Assembly (NCBI GenBank): GCA_951406725.2
Contig: OX597838.1
Location: 27,714,001 to 27,778,000 of the forward strand
Length of the DNA stretch: 64,000 nt
Direction: 5' to 3'
From: Octopus vulgaris
Taxonomy: Eukaryota
Positions 1-14,094 of the stretch are shown in pieces; within the stretch, counting starts at the first letter, position 1, and each line of letters starts with the position of its first letter. The translations under genes were made by a program, and so were the position numbers. The notes under the pieces are model-generated. The model made no database searches. It was not told where the DNA came from and saw only the letters and a program-made list of their open reading frames with translations.

Positions 1-2004
1 GGTGTTAACGAACATTCATTCCAGGAAAAGCATTTATTGTCTTCCTCTCTTCCTCTCTCTTCTCTTAAATCTAACGAAGACTCAAGCTAAACCGGGTTTT
101 TTCTTTTGTCTTTTTTTCTTTAATAATTGGTTTTAAAGATCTAATTTCATATCGTTAAACTTATATGAGATAACTCTCCACCTGGATGGCATGCCACGCC
201 ACTCTGACACTGCCATATATGCTGGTAGGTATTTCCAACAATCTGATGGACAGAGAAAACAGGGGAAAAAATGAGACCTGCTCAGATAAATAACAGACAG
301 CATGCACTGGATTTGAACCCTTATCCTATCTACTTGGCGCACCTTACCTTCACACTATTCTCTTTTCCTAACCATTCTAATGAAACTCTTGCACTTCAAG
401 ACATGCTAACTGCACACCATTTCCATTCAGACATAACCACTGCACCTGGCTCTCCACAGCTCTCTACTCAAATGCATTCTTACATCTCAAGGTCTTTAGT
501 CGTGTCTGTTTGTTTAAGTATCTTCTCTCTCCCGCTGTATGTTAATTACAATAATTAATATTGCTCTTACAACTTTTCATACTTTAATATTGATTTCTAA
601 CACAAGCACGAGGTCATGCATTTTTGGAAGGAGAGGTGTGGTTGATTAAATCAACCCCAGTACTTCACTGGCACTTACATTATACTGTTCCCTCTGGAGA
701 GGAAAAGCAAAACTGACCTTGGCAAATTAACAGCATGAGTCTAATTAAGGAAAGAAAGCCACAAGTGTTTTATGCATGCATGTTCAGGAAATGAAAGACA
801 GAGGTGGAAACTCTTGAATTTGATGGCCAGTTTTAGAGAAATTTATCTCTTTTGAAAACATTTAAAAGATGCATCTATGCATCATTTGGTTAACAGAGAA
901 GTTTCATATATGAAATCACACTATGGTTGTTTCTTGGAGAGAAAGCTTATCCATTCCTATTGATTAGCGAAGTATTCCTTTCCATGAATTACTACAAACT
1001 CTGATTCACAAAATATTTTTAAGACCACACCTAATGTTGTCATATGAGCCAAGAAAGAAGTCGCTGTCATGGTTAATCCATCTGCTAGAAATAACAGCCA
1101 AATCTCAAATGGACACCCTGCCATCTTAAAAAGGCATATTTGAAATGGCATCTTTAAATATATCTGAAGAAAAAGGAAAATATACAACAAGCATAGCTGG
1201 AACATTTTTGATCTTAAGATTAGGGTCTTCCCAAGGCGAAAGGACAGTAACAGCAACAACTGATGTCACATGGTCTTCATGTTTAGCCAACCATCATTTC
1301 CTCCTTCTTTTAACCTGCACTTAATGTCTACCAAGGACCATTCATATTGACATGAATAGTTTATGTGAAACTGCAGTCTGGATGTAACAGGCATAGCAAA
1401 AGATACACACACTCGCACACAAGCCTACATTGGTTGTACACAATGCTTTTTAACCCTTTAGTGTTTAAACCGGCCATATCTGGCCCAGATATTCTACATG
1501 TTTTACATTCAAACAGGCGATATCTAGCCTCTCACACCTAACCTACATTGATATGCTAAAAACAAACAATCACATCATTGAAACCTCAAAGCTATAAGAT
1601 AATGTATGATTAATTCAAAACAAATTGAGTGAAAAAGTATTACATTTAACAGAGTAATCTGAACACTAAAGGGTTAAGCTTCTGTTCCAAAAAGCTAGAA
1701 TAAGATGATATAAAATAAATAGGATTACCAAAAATCTTTTGAACATATAATGCCGCAACTGAAGTTGTTAAATGGAACGAACATACTTGGTTCCTCTCCA
1801 TCCTGGTTTCTTGGAATGAACAAACCCACCAACGGAAAGCTTTAACAAAACAAAACAAAACAAATAAATAAATAAAAATCTTGGCCTTTGACAGTCATAG
1901 ATATCATCCTCTCCTCTGTTTTCATTACCCATAATCCCACAGCACTTGTTACTGCTACCACCTCATTTGATTTGTCTCCCTTATTGTTTTAAAGACGAGC
2001 ATTG

Positions 2005-2038
2005 ATAATATATATACATATATGTATGTGTATATATG

Positions 2039-2086
<48 letters not shown>

Positions 2087-2265
2087 TATACACACATATA
2101 TATACATATATATACACACATATATATACATATATATACACACATATATATACATATATATATACATATATATACACATATATATATACATATATATACA
2201 CATATATATATACACATATATATACACATATATATACACATATATATATATATATATATATATGC
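2005..2265. repeat. Compound (TA)/(CA) microsatellite
   Basis: Directly visible. Similar tracts at 8270-8745, 13415-13910, 19430-20020, 28190-28620 and 61120-61577. Confidence 0.97.
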
Positions 2266-2843
2266 GTATGTGCATATTTGGTTTATTATATACCTTTTTA
2301 ACACTCTGGCTCCTATTGTTATCTTGCTGTGTTAATTAATCCTTATTCTGTTCATTGACCCCTTTTTTTGTTTCTTTTCTTTGCCTATTTCTGCTTCCTC
2401 TCTGTTTTCTTCCACCCTCTTCATTATTTATATATAAAATACACACACACAGACATATATATATATATGTATGTATATATAAGCACCATCCCTGCTTTAT
2501 GAAAGGATTGCTTTCCAGGAAAATTCTTGGAGCCAAGTGAAGTTTTGTAACGCTTAAGATATTCCGTATTTGCCGCGTTGCAAAGCTCCAGTTTGTGTCA
2601 AGACTTTCAGGATCACAATGTCTTCATAACGTGGGGGGATGTCATATACAGAGTGTCCATAAATTACCTTTACAATTTGAAAAATAGGTAACTCAGCTGA
2701 GTTAATTGGAAAACATAGACAAATTAAGTTTTATTAGAAACATCAGAACACCTCCACATTGGTGCCATTGGTTACATGCAAACACATTGAAACAATACAA
2801 TAAATTGAGGACGTTGTAAAGATAATTTATGAACACCATCTAT

Positions 2844-2886
<43 letters not shown>

Positions 2887-2951
2887 ACTGTTGCAGTATT
2901 GAGTGGATCAGCAAAAAAAAGAAACTACTCCACCCAGTGAATATCATTTTG

Positions 2952-3180
2952 TGTACACAGGACTTTAACGTGGGTTACTATAAGTTTCATGCTTCTGGTA
3001 ATACAATGGTCAGAGAAGCTTGTATAGAATACCATGTATAATCAGGCAGTCATTCAGATTAGTTGCATCTCAAGCTCGAATGATTGCCTGATGGTATACA
3101 ACATGCTGTACAAAACTTGTCCAACTATTGACCTATTAGAAACATGAAACTTAAAGTAGCTTGCGTTTAAATTCTGTGTA
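2952..3180. repeat. Degenerate long inverted repeat (old MITE-like)
   Basis: Pairs taagtttcatg / catgaaactta and atcaggcagtcattc / gaatgattgcctgat lie symmetric about roughly 3065. Confidence 0.75.
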
Positions 3181-3189
3181 TATTAAATG

Positions 3190-3223
<34 letters not shown>

Positions 3224-3929
3224 TTTATATATCTATATACTGTGTATTCCTCAACCATCATCTCTTGTCAACCTTTACCTGTAAGCCTTATCCATGTTAA
3301 ACACTGCTTTTTTCCCGCTTCGCCTTGTTATATTTTGCAGATTGCACGTTTTTTTCGTTTGAAGACACAAGGAGTAAGTACTCTCTTATTCCTTCTACTC
3401 TCTCTCTCTCTTTCGTTCTCCTTTTCTGTCTATTTATCTCTGTGCTATATAAACTGCCTGCCTTTCTAGCTGAGCATCTAACAAGTCTGGTACACCAGGA
3501 AGGAAGGGAAACATCAGGGGCTACTTTTTTTTTTTTTTATATTGAAGCACAAAAAGTTTCTAGGGAACATGTTGTGTGTGTGGTGGAGTTGAAATACATT
3601 GTTTTCATGGCTGTGATGATACAAGAGAGGCAACAAACAAGGGGATTGTATGTTGGACTCAAGATTATAAGGGAGTTGTATGTTGGACTCAGATTATAAG
3701 GGAGTTGTATCTTGGACTCAAGATTGTTTCTTTTTGATTTATTTTTTTGTGATTGGGAGGGTGGGGGTTCAGCATTTTTTTTATTAAATTTTTAGTTCTG
3801 TCACCCGCCCACCCTGCACCTGTCCTGCAGTATGAGGTGTTGTTACTCTGCAACTCTTCCTCATACCACCCCTCTCATCCCCTCCACCTGTCCCCACACT
3901 GTATTTTATCTTAAGGGCCAGATTCTTGT

Positions 3930-4900
3930 ATAGGTTCAACTGCCAAGGTCAACTGTGCCTTGTAACCTTTTGGGGTCAATAAAATAATATACCAGTCAGG
4001 TACTGGGGTTGATGTAATAAGCTCACTTCTCTCACAAAACTCTTGATTTTGTGCAGAAATTTAAAACCATTATTTTTTCCAGTTCTTTATATTCTGGGTT
4101 CAAATTCTGCCATGGTTGACTTTGCCTTTCATTTTTTCTGAGTCAAATAAAAGTTGACTGCATTGACCCCAGTTGAGTACTGGGGTCAATGTAATCAACT
4201 TACCCCTCCTCTCAAATTGCTGCCCTTGTGGCAAAATTTGAAACCATTATTATTATGGCAGCAAGCTGGCAGAATTGTTACTGTCTTGACATTCTGAGTT
4301 CAAATGCTGCCAAGGCTTGACTTTGCCTTTCATCCTTTTGGGGGTTGATATAATAAGTACCAGCAAGTACTGGGGTCAATGTAATTAACTGCCCCACCCT
4401 AAAATTTCAGGCCTTGTACCCATAGTAGAAAGAACTGTTGTTACTACTACTACTGCTGCTGCTGCTACTACTACAGCAAGTTGGCAGAATCATTAGTATG
4501 CTAGATGAAAAGCTTAGCAGTATTTTGCCTGTCATTGTGTTTTGAGTTCAAATTCCACTGAGGTCGACTTTACCTTTCATCCTGTCAGGGTCGATAAATT
4601 AAGCATCAGTGATGCTTATCCCCCTTCCCTCAAATTCCAGGCCTTGTGCCTATAGTAGAAAGGATTATTATTATTATTATCATTATTATTATTATTATTA
4701 TTACTAAGGCGATGAGCTGGCAGAACCATTAGCATGCAGGACGAAACGCTTAGCGATATTTCGCCAGTTGCTGTGTTCTGAGTTCAAATTCCGCCAAGGT
4801 TAACTTTGCCTTTCGTCCTTTTGGGGCCGATAAATTAAGTACCAGTGAAACACTGGGGTCGCTGTAATCGACTAGGCCTTGTTTCTATAGTAAAAAAGAT
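3930..4900 (+). mobile_element. Cluster of tandem SINE family B copies
   Basis: About 5 repeats of gagctggcagaa...ttctgagttcaaattccgccgaggtcgactttgcctttcatcctttcggggtcgataaattaagtaccag, separated by (ATT)n. Confidence 0.85.
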
Positions 4901-5193
4901 TATTATTATTATTATTATTATTATTACTACTACTACTACGTTAGTAGTTGAGGGTGATAATCCATATATATTCTTAATCATTTGTGTTTAACCCATTTTA
5001 ACTAGCTTTTAGTGTTCAGCTGGTTTAATATATTTCATTTCTTTCAATGATTGATCAAATTCAATTACTCCAAATACAAACTAATGAGATTAATTAACGA
5101 ATTATTTTTTAATATTATTTCGTTTCTTTAAATTACATTTACATTTAATTTTCTAACTGATTAACTTTATTATGTAAGTGTATGTGTGTTCGC

Positions 5194-5225
<32 letters not shown>

Positions 5226-5281
5226 CACACATATGTATATATATATGTATGTATATATGTATATATATGTACATATATATA

Positions 5282-5313
<32 letters not shown>

Positions 5314-6838
5314 CTTTAACAAATTAGTGATCAAACAGATTGTATTGTCTTTGTCTTAATATTTGTTGTCATGGTGATATCTATGTGATTTAATCTGCTA
5401 ATTCAGTGTCTGTACTTCATAAATATAACCATCTATGTTTTGTGGACTCCTGATTTCTATTGTATTGGTTCAGGTTTCACTTTCCAATGTACGGTGGATC
5501 ACACTTCACTTGCTATTTCTTTTTCATATTGTGTTTTCGTTCTCCCCACCATGTGTGACTCGGCAGCTGCTTAGCCCTTTCATTATTATATTTCTGTTGA
5601 AATACACCGTTTGTTTCGGTTAATTGTGAAAATAATGGATTTAGTAAAATAATTTTGTTATTAATCTGGAGGAATTTTTCTTTTCCCAAGAGCCTGGCCT
5701 AGTGGATATGGTGTAGCACTGACAATCACAAGATCGTGGTTTCAGTTCCCAGGCCTGGGAGTGCATTGTTTCCGTGAGCAAAACAACACTTCATTCACTT
5801 CAGTCCACTCAGCTGTAAATGAGTTACCCTGCGATGGACTGGCATTCTACCCAGGGGCAAATGTTGTGATCTTGGTCGCTTATATGCCATGGAAACCATT
5901 TGAGTCTTTAGAGTTGAGACTGTAATGTCCAAAGTTGATGATGATGATGATTTTGAATCTGGTGTTTGAAACATAAATTAACATAATTAATTAATTAACT
6001 TGAAATTTTGATAGTAGGTTTGAATTGAGATCTCACAAAAATAGGAACCGGGAAAAATTTCAGGCGTTTTGGTGTCAAAAGAGTTAACCATTTCATTACC
6101 AAAGTTCCGTTGAAATACACTAATTTTGTTTTAATTAATTTTGAAAATGACAAAGAATTTAGTAAAATAACTTTGTCCTTATTAAGTGGGTGTATGGAAC
6201 ATAAATGAACGTGGAATTTTTTAATTGAAGGCTTTAATTTAGATTACTTTAAAACGGAGTTTGTATCATGGAACCAGGGAAAGTTTCCGGCAATTTGGTT
6301 CTGAGTGAGTTAACCATTTCCTTACCATATTTTTCTTGAAATACACTCAGTCTGTTTCAATTAATTTTGAAAATAAGAACTTATTAAAATAAATTAGTCG
6401 TTATTTAACCAGTGTTTAGAATATAAATTAACAGGAAATTTTGATGAAAGATTTTAATTTAGATCATTTTAAAATGGTGAATATGTATCTATAGAACTGG
6501 GGGTGGCATGATGTGGGTTGGTATCAAAAGGGTTAAACCACTTCACAGCTATATTCTCTAATTATACATATTATGTACGTTTTTCAATTAATTTTCAAAA
6601 TATATAAGAATTTGGAAAGATTTAATTAAAGTAATTAACTTTTCCAATTGAGATGGTGCTTGGAATGTCTGTGTGGTAGAAAAAATTTGCTTCCGAACCA
6701 CATGGTTCCTGGTTCAGTCCATTTTGTAACACGTTGGGACCTTCAGCGCCTTCTTTTATAACCCACAGGCTGACCAAACCATTTGAGTGAATTCAATAGA
6801 CAGAAAATAAAAGAAGCTCATTATATGTATATATATAT

Positions 6839-7000
6839 GGCATAGGAGTGGCTGTGTGGTAAGTAGCTTGCTTACCAACCACATGGTTCCGGGTTCAGAC
6901 CCACTGCATGGCATCTTGGGCAAGTGTCTTCTACTATAGCTTCGGGCCAACTAAAGCCTTGTGAGTGGATTTGGTAGACAGAAACTGAAAGAAGCCTGTC

Positions 7001-7049
<49 letters not shown>

Positions 7050-7500
7050 TGCCAGCCTCGCCTGGCCCCCATTTGCCAGACTCGTCTGGTACCTGTGCCG
7101 GTGGCATGTAAAAGGCACCCACTACACTCATGGAGTGGTTGGCGTTAGGAAGGGCATCCAGCTGTAGAAACATTGCCAGATCAGACTGGGCCTGGTGCAG
7201 CCTTTTGGCTTCCCAGACCCCAGTTGAACCGTCCAACCCATGCTAGCATGGAAAGCGGACGCTAAACGATGATGATGGTATGAATATATTTATGTGTGTG
7301 TATTTGTATTTGTACCCCCACCATCACTTGACAACCGATGCTGGTGTGTTTATGTCCCCTGTAACTTTGTGGTTCGGCAAAAGAGACTGATTGAATAAGT
7401 ACTAGGCTTACAAGGAATAAGTTCTGGGTTTGATTTCTTTGACTAAAGGCAGTGCTCCAGCATGGCCGCAGTCAAGTGACTGAAACAAATAAAATATAAT
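6839..7500 (+). mobile_element. tRNA-derived SINE family A, composite copy
   Basis: Head gg(c)gcaggagtggctgtgtggtaagtagcttg...gggttcag.cccactg, internal (TA)n and tail gactgaaacaagtaaaag. Recurs many times in the window. Confidence 0.85.
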
Positions 7501-7511
7501 AAAAGAATATA

Positions 7512-7795
7512 CTCTTTTACTTGTTTCAGCCATTTGACTGTGGCCATGCTGGAGCACCGCCTTTAGTCGAGCAAATCAACCCCAGGACTTATTCTTTGTA
7601 GGCCTAGTACTTATTCTATCGGTCACTTTTGCCGAACCACTAAGTTATGGGGGCGTAAACACACCAGCATCGGTTGTCAAGCGATGTTGGGAAGACAAGC
7701 ACAGACATGCAAATGTATACACATACACATACCTATATATACATATATACAATGGGCTTCTTTCAGTTTCTGTCTACCAAATCCACTCACAAGGA
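7512..7795 (-). mobile_element. SINE family A, partial
   Basis: Reverse complement of the family A 3' half. Confidence 0.85.
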
Positions 7796-8261
7796 TTAAG
7801 ATGGATTAACCAGATAATCTAGATAATAAAGTAATAAAGAGCCTACGTAGTTTTATTATCTTCCTATTCTGATTAATCCGTCTGGTTTATTGATGTGAGT
7901 CTTGTGATTATTGGTGTATCGCTGTTGATGATGGTCATGGCTGGCTCTCATAGTGCTATGCTGTTTCCCATTATCTCATTGTGGTGTCTATTGGAAAATG
8001 TAACAGACATTGTGAGAGGCTGTCTTTGTCACATGACAGCTTTGTGTGTGGATCCATGGCAACAGAACTATGGAACTGTGCTGGGTTTTTTTCCATTAAA
8101 CAGGATTCCTTGTTGTTGATGTATATATATATATGTATGTATGTATGTGTATGTATTGGTGGGTAGATATATTCTTTTTCTTTTACTGGTTTCAATTAAT
8201 GGACAGCGGCCATGCTGGAGCACCACCTTATTTTATTGTTTTACAGACTACCATTTTTTAC

Positions 8262-8307
<46 letters not shown>

Positions 8308-9224
8308 ACATGTGTATGTATGTATAATACATATGTATATGTGTGTGTATGTATTTATATGTATGTGTATATATATGTATATATATATATATATACATAT
8401 ATCTATGTATGTATATATATATATATACATATATCTATGTATGTATATATGTATATATATATCTATGTATGTATATATGTATATATGTATATATATCTAT
8501 GTATGTATATATATGTACATATATATATATATATATGTATGTATATATATCTATGTATGTATATATATACATATATCTATGTATGTATATATATATGTAT
8601 ATATATATGTGTGTGTGTGTATATATATATTTATATGGATATGTGTGTGTATATATATATATACCTACATACATATGTGTGTGTGTGTAAATGCATATGT
8701 ATGTATCTCTGTGTGTATATAGATGTGTGTGTCTGTGTGTGTGTACATTCATAAAACCACAACAGTGACGGTGGCAACAGGAAGTGTAATCCCTGTTTGC
8801 TGGATTAGTCGATATATTGATCCCTGTTCCCCAATACTTGACCTGTCTGTGCTGTTTGTGTTGACAAAGAAGCGAAAGTAGAAAGTCCTGCAGTCGGCAG
8901 CTGAGAAGGAATATTAATCTCTTATGCACAGGAGCAGACATGGCTGTGCAGTTAAAAAGCTCTCTTTGCAACCACGTGGTCTCAGGTTCAGGTTCCAGTT
9001 CCACTGCATGACACCTTGGGCAGGTGTCTTCTACTGTAGCCGCTGGGCAACCAATGCCTTGTTAGTGATTTTGGTAAGACAGAAACTGCAGGAAGCCCAT
9101 CGTGTGTGTGTGGGGGAGAGTTAATTATATGGCTGGTCATAGAGTAACCAATGCTTTCACATCCATAAATTACTTCTTAGACTTATAGAGGCTCATCAGA
9201 CTCCAATGGCCTTCTTACAGACAG

Positions 9225-9442
9225 CTTCATCATCATCATTGTTCGACCGTGGTCAAGACAATGGAATTTACCATGCTACGCCAGACTTCACGGTCCATCA
9301 TGGCATTACGGAGGTCCTGTATCCCTGGAGATTACATCAGGGTAGGAGAGTGTGCGCCCTCTGGTATTGCGAGTAGATGGCTTCCAGAGGAGAAGAGTAG
9401 AAATTACCTCTTTTTCAGCTCTACAACAATGTCCAGCAAACT
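9225..9442 (-). mobile_element. RTE/RTE-X-like LINE 3' fragment
   Basis: Minus strand gives FAGHCCRAEKEVISTLLLWKP...RGRTLSYPDVISRDTG...NAMMDREVWR, followed by a (TGA)n tail. Confidence 0.75.
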
Positions 9443-9532
9443 TACCCTTCACAAGAGATGACACAGGTGGCCCATCTACATGACTTGTCAGGCTCCAAAA
9501 GTATTATTATAGTTATGATAAATGCAAAGTGA

Positions 9533-9763
9533 ATGCAAGGTAAGTCACAAGAAAATAGATATGTGAATTAATGTAGACTTACTTTGTATTCAATATTTTG
9601 GGTTTATGACCCCCTTTTCAAGAAATTGACGAATGATACCAATGTGCAACATTTGGCGACATTCATCAGTTTCTTGAAAATGGGGTCATAACCCCTAAAA
9701 TATTGAATATACGGTAAGACTACATTAATTCACATATTTGTTTTCTTGTGATTTACTTTGTAC
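9533..9763. repeat. Long imperfect palindrome (MITE-like)
   Basis: atgtgaattaatgtag...ttttcaagaaa mirrored by tttcttgaaaa...ctacattaattcacat. Confidence 0.9.
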
Positions 9764-10877
9764 TTTCTTCACATTGTTTTGGCCTTACCCATGATCTTTT
9801 ATATAATATATTCTACACAATGCTTCATAGTAATTATTCCATTATAATATATATATATATATATATATCCATGCTAGTTAGTCCAACCCATGCTAGCATG
9901 GAAAGCGGATGCTAAACGATGATGATGATGATGATATATATATATATATATGGGTGGGTGGGTGCAGGTGTGGCTTTGTTGTAAGAAGTTTTCTTCTCAA
10001 CGACATGGTACCAGGTTCAGTACCACTTGCTACTTTGGCCAAAAGTCTTGTGAGTGGATTTGGAGATGGAAACTCTGTGTCTGTGTATGTGCTTGTCCCC
10101 CCTACCACAGCTTGGCAACTGATGTTGGTTTTTTTGCATCCTGTAACTTAGCAATTTGGGAAAAAGAGACCGATAGACTAGGTACCAGACTTTAAAAAAA
10201 AATATATTAAAATTTCTGGGGCTGATTTGTTCGACAAAACTTTCAAAATGTTACCCCAGCATAGCCGTAGTCTAATGACTAAAACAAGTAAAAGATAAAA
10301 GATACACACACACACACACATCTTTTGTATTATATGTATGTGTGTGTGTTTGTCACTTGGCTGACCGGGAGCTATTTTCCTGCTCTGGACAAAGGCTGTT
10401 GTTTGTCCGAGTGAAAGGTGTCCAGCTGATTATCTCCCTTTGCAGAGTCACCTCATGCAGACATTAATGAAGTCGTTAGCATCACAAAGACATTGTCATT
10501 CCTTATTCATAATGCACCAACACTGCATCTGTCCCGTGTGTGTGTGTTTTAGAGAAGCAAAGGAAAAAGGACATGGTGGTGGTGGTGTTGGTGCTTTATT
10601 GAGGAAAGAAGGAGGAAGTGGAATAACAAGTGAAGCAAAATAGCAGAGGAGGGAAAATGCGTGTATTTGTGTTGTGTGTGTTTTCTGTGTTTGACTGCCA
10701 TCTCAGAGACCAGCAAATACTGTTTCGGTTATATATTTCCTGTCTTTGTTTCTGTCAGCAGTAACCATCAATAGCCTACCACCTCTTGTGACTGGTAAGC
10801 TATCTATGTCTGTCTGTTTGTGTGTCTCTGTCTGTCTGTCTGTGTATATATATATATATATATATATACATATATAT

Positions 10878-11045
10878 GGGGGAGAATTCGCAAAAAGATA
10901 AAAGACGAAACAAGTGGTGTAGACAACAAACATTAGTAATAACACTCGGGAAGTGAAAAAGTCTTTAACGTTTCGAGCCTACGCTCTTCCACAGAAAGGA
11001 ACAAGGAGAGAAAATAAAGAATGTGTAGTGGCTAGCGATCTATCA
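10878..11045 (-). mobile_element. Penelope-like terminal repeat remnant with a minimal hammerhead-like motif
   Basis: Minus strand reads cttt-CTGTGGA-agagcgtaggctc-GAAAC-gtt-aaag. A partial duplicate lies at 11168-11268. Confidence 0.55.
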
Positions 11046-11116
11046 TGATATACACACACAAGATCTTTAATGAAGACATATGTAGCTTAATTGTAGATCA
11101 ACAAGTTAAATTTGTG

Positions 11117-11162
<46 letters not shown>

Positions 11163-11611
11163 CATAGGAGGAGAATTCCCAAAAATCAAAAGACGAAGAC
11201 AAATGGTGTAGACAACAAACAGAAAGAAATAAGGAGAGAAAATATAGAATGTGTAGTGGCTAGCCATAGTAGGAAGGCAGATGTTAAATGATGGTGATGT
11301 GTGTATGTGTAGCTAATGAAGTTCTTAAGATAACTGTTTATTTCTTTGCCATCTCATTTTCTTGTGTGTGTATCTATGTGTATACACACACATATATATG
11401 TATAAATCAGATTCATAAGTGAGAGGTTAAAAACATTCCATATGTATATAGCTGTTTCGTAATCTGTATTCAGTTACATCATTGACACTAAAGCACACTA
11501 CACACATAACTGTACACATACAGATGAGTATATATAGTTGTATGATAATATAATGAGTAGACTTCTTCAGAAAATTTCATGGGCATTGAATATTTAACTC
11601 CCTGAAACTAA

Positions 11612-11647
<36 letters not shown>

Positions 11648-12161
11648 ATGTATGATGATGATGATGGCTGTCCATTTGTGGCTGACAAAGATGATCACTG
11701 ACCATTAAAAACATAATGCACTCAGACAAATTTATACTTTTAAGCCTGTAGTTCCACTGGTGACTAATGAGCCCAGACCTTGATAAACATACATATTTGC
11801 AGATATTGCAAACTGAAGCTTCCCCAATCCATTTTCATTGCAATGCGTTTTCAAGCAGCTCATTTAAATTCTTCATCAAAAATACGTTTTTGTGTTTTTT
11901 ATATATTGTGCCATCAAAGCCACTCACCTGGTGGCGTGCAGGTACACAGTCCCTGCTGGATCATATTTATTTAATTAACATTTATAATAATAGTATGATT
12001 TGGAAAACTCAGCAACTTAACAGCTGTTAGTAGTGCACAGAAACAATTGTTGTGATTCGTGATTAAAGCTTGTTCATTCCATCTTGTTTTATAAATTTTT
12101 AGCCAATAGGTAAGTGGATGTTAAAATGATGATGATATTGTATGTATGTGTGTGTGTGTGT

Positions 12162-12425
12162 GGAGGCGAAATGGCCCAGTGGTTAGGGCAGCGGACTTGA
12201 GGTCGGAGGTTCGCAGTTTCGATTCCCAGACCAGGCATTGTGTGTGTTTATTGAGCGAAAACACCTAAAGCTCCACGAGGCTCCAGCAGGGGGGTGTGGC
12301 AATCCCTGTTGTACTCTTTAGCCCCAACTTTCTCTCACTCTTCCTGTTTCTTGGGTAATGCTGCAATGGAGTGGCACCCCGTCCAGCTGGGGGAACACAT
12401 ATGCCATGGAAACCGGGCCCATGAG
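12162..12425 (+). mobile_element. tRNA-derived SINE family C
   Basis: A box tggcccagtggttaggg and B box gtttcgattccc. Related copies at 35420-35757 (-), 39455-39810 (-) and 59782-60030 (+). Confidence 0.8.
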
Positions 12426-13606
12426 ATAGATATATACACACACTCACACTATCATCACCATTTTAACATCTACTCCTTTTCCATTGGCTGGATGAAGTTT
12501 GTTGATGCAGATTCCCAAAGTAATTATTTCCTCATGGCCATACATGTCTTTGCAGAATATTTGAAATGAATGGAATTCATTTGCAATGATCACACAATGT
12601 TAAAACAATTAGGCACAAACACACACACAGACTCACATAATTACGTATACCATCATCATCATCATCATTTAGCATCCAAATTCCATGCTGGCGTGGGCTG
12701 ACCGGTTTGACAGGAACTGGCTGGCTGGAGAGCTGCGCCGGACGATCTTGGCAAGTTTTCTATGGCTTGTTGCCCTTCCTAATTCCAACCACTTTACAGA
12801 ATGTACTGAGTGCTTTTTATGCGGCACCAGCATAAGAACAGTGGTGATGAATTGTCAGAATGACCCCATCCCTCTCTCCTCTCCCCAAGATACAGGTTGG
12901 TAAAGTGTAGAAGTGAGGTGGTGGGGCCCGGGTGATATGCTTACTGTAGAAATTGTGTAGTCTTCACAATTTCACACAATCCAACCAGGGACATTGTGAT
13001 TACAAAACAAACTGCCTTACCATTCAATCATAATTACTCCCTCTACTGTCTATGTCTCTTTCTCTCTCTCCCTCTCTCTCTCAGACACACACACACAGAG
13101 GCACATTTGTTTATCTTGGCAAAGGTGTGATGTATTATCCATGGCTTAGATCTGTCAGGACATGACAAGTGAAATAATTCCTCTGTGTACAGTACACTGG
13201 TGTAGTTTCAAAACAATCACTGTAGGCTCTGGGTCTTGGGATCATTGGTTGTTTTAGGTGTGTGTGAGAGCACACGCACACACACACACATACGTTTGTG
13301 TGTGTGTGTGTGTATAGTCACAGACATTTGTGTGTGTGTAATTGTTTTCGATCCCTTGATTCCAGGAAATGCATTCCCAGGCAACTGGGTTGGGTAGGGT
13401 AGTACCATGAATGCGTGTGTATATTCATGTGTGTGTGTGTTTGTGTACAAATATATATATATCTGTTTGCTTATGTATGTGTACATTATATAGCTGTGTG
13501 TTTGCGCATATATATTTTTATATCTGAATGCATATATCTGTGTTTGTGTGTGTGTATATATATATATGCATATGCACATATATATATATATATGTACACA
13601 TACATA

Positions 13607-13718
<112 letters not shown>

Positions 13719-14061
13719 TATGTATGTGCATATTATATATGTGTTTGTGTATGTATGTATATATATATATACATATATATATATATCTGTATGTGTACAT
13801 TATATATATATGTGTGTTTGTGTGTGTACATATATATATATATATATCTGAATGTGTATGCATGTGTACATTGTATATCTGTGTTTGTATGTGTGTGTGT
13901 GTGTGTGTGCAGGTACGTGCACATATGCAATGCTGTGGTTTTAGATTCTGCTTCATACCAAGCCAAACAGTGTTTACCCTGGGATCAGCTGATCAGTCTT
14001 TGAAATTCATTTTGTACAAAACTATGTATTATCATCCTTAATACTGTTTCATTTGTCAACA

Positions 14062-14092
<31 letters not shown>

Positions 14093-14094
14093 AT

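Noticed and set aside
1955-2339. Many ORFs rich in Y/I/H/T/C/V/M here and at 8.1-9.0, 13.2-14.0, 19.3-20.1, 28.1-28.7 and 61.1-61.8 kb
   Set aside because: They are translations of (TA)/(CA)/(TG) microsatellites, which lack stop codons.
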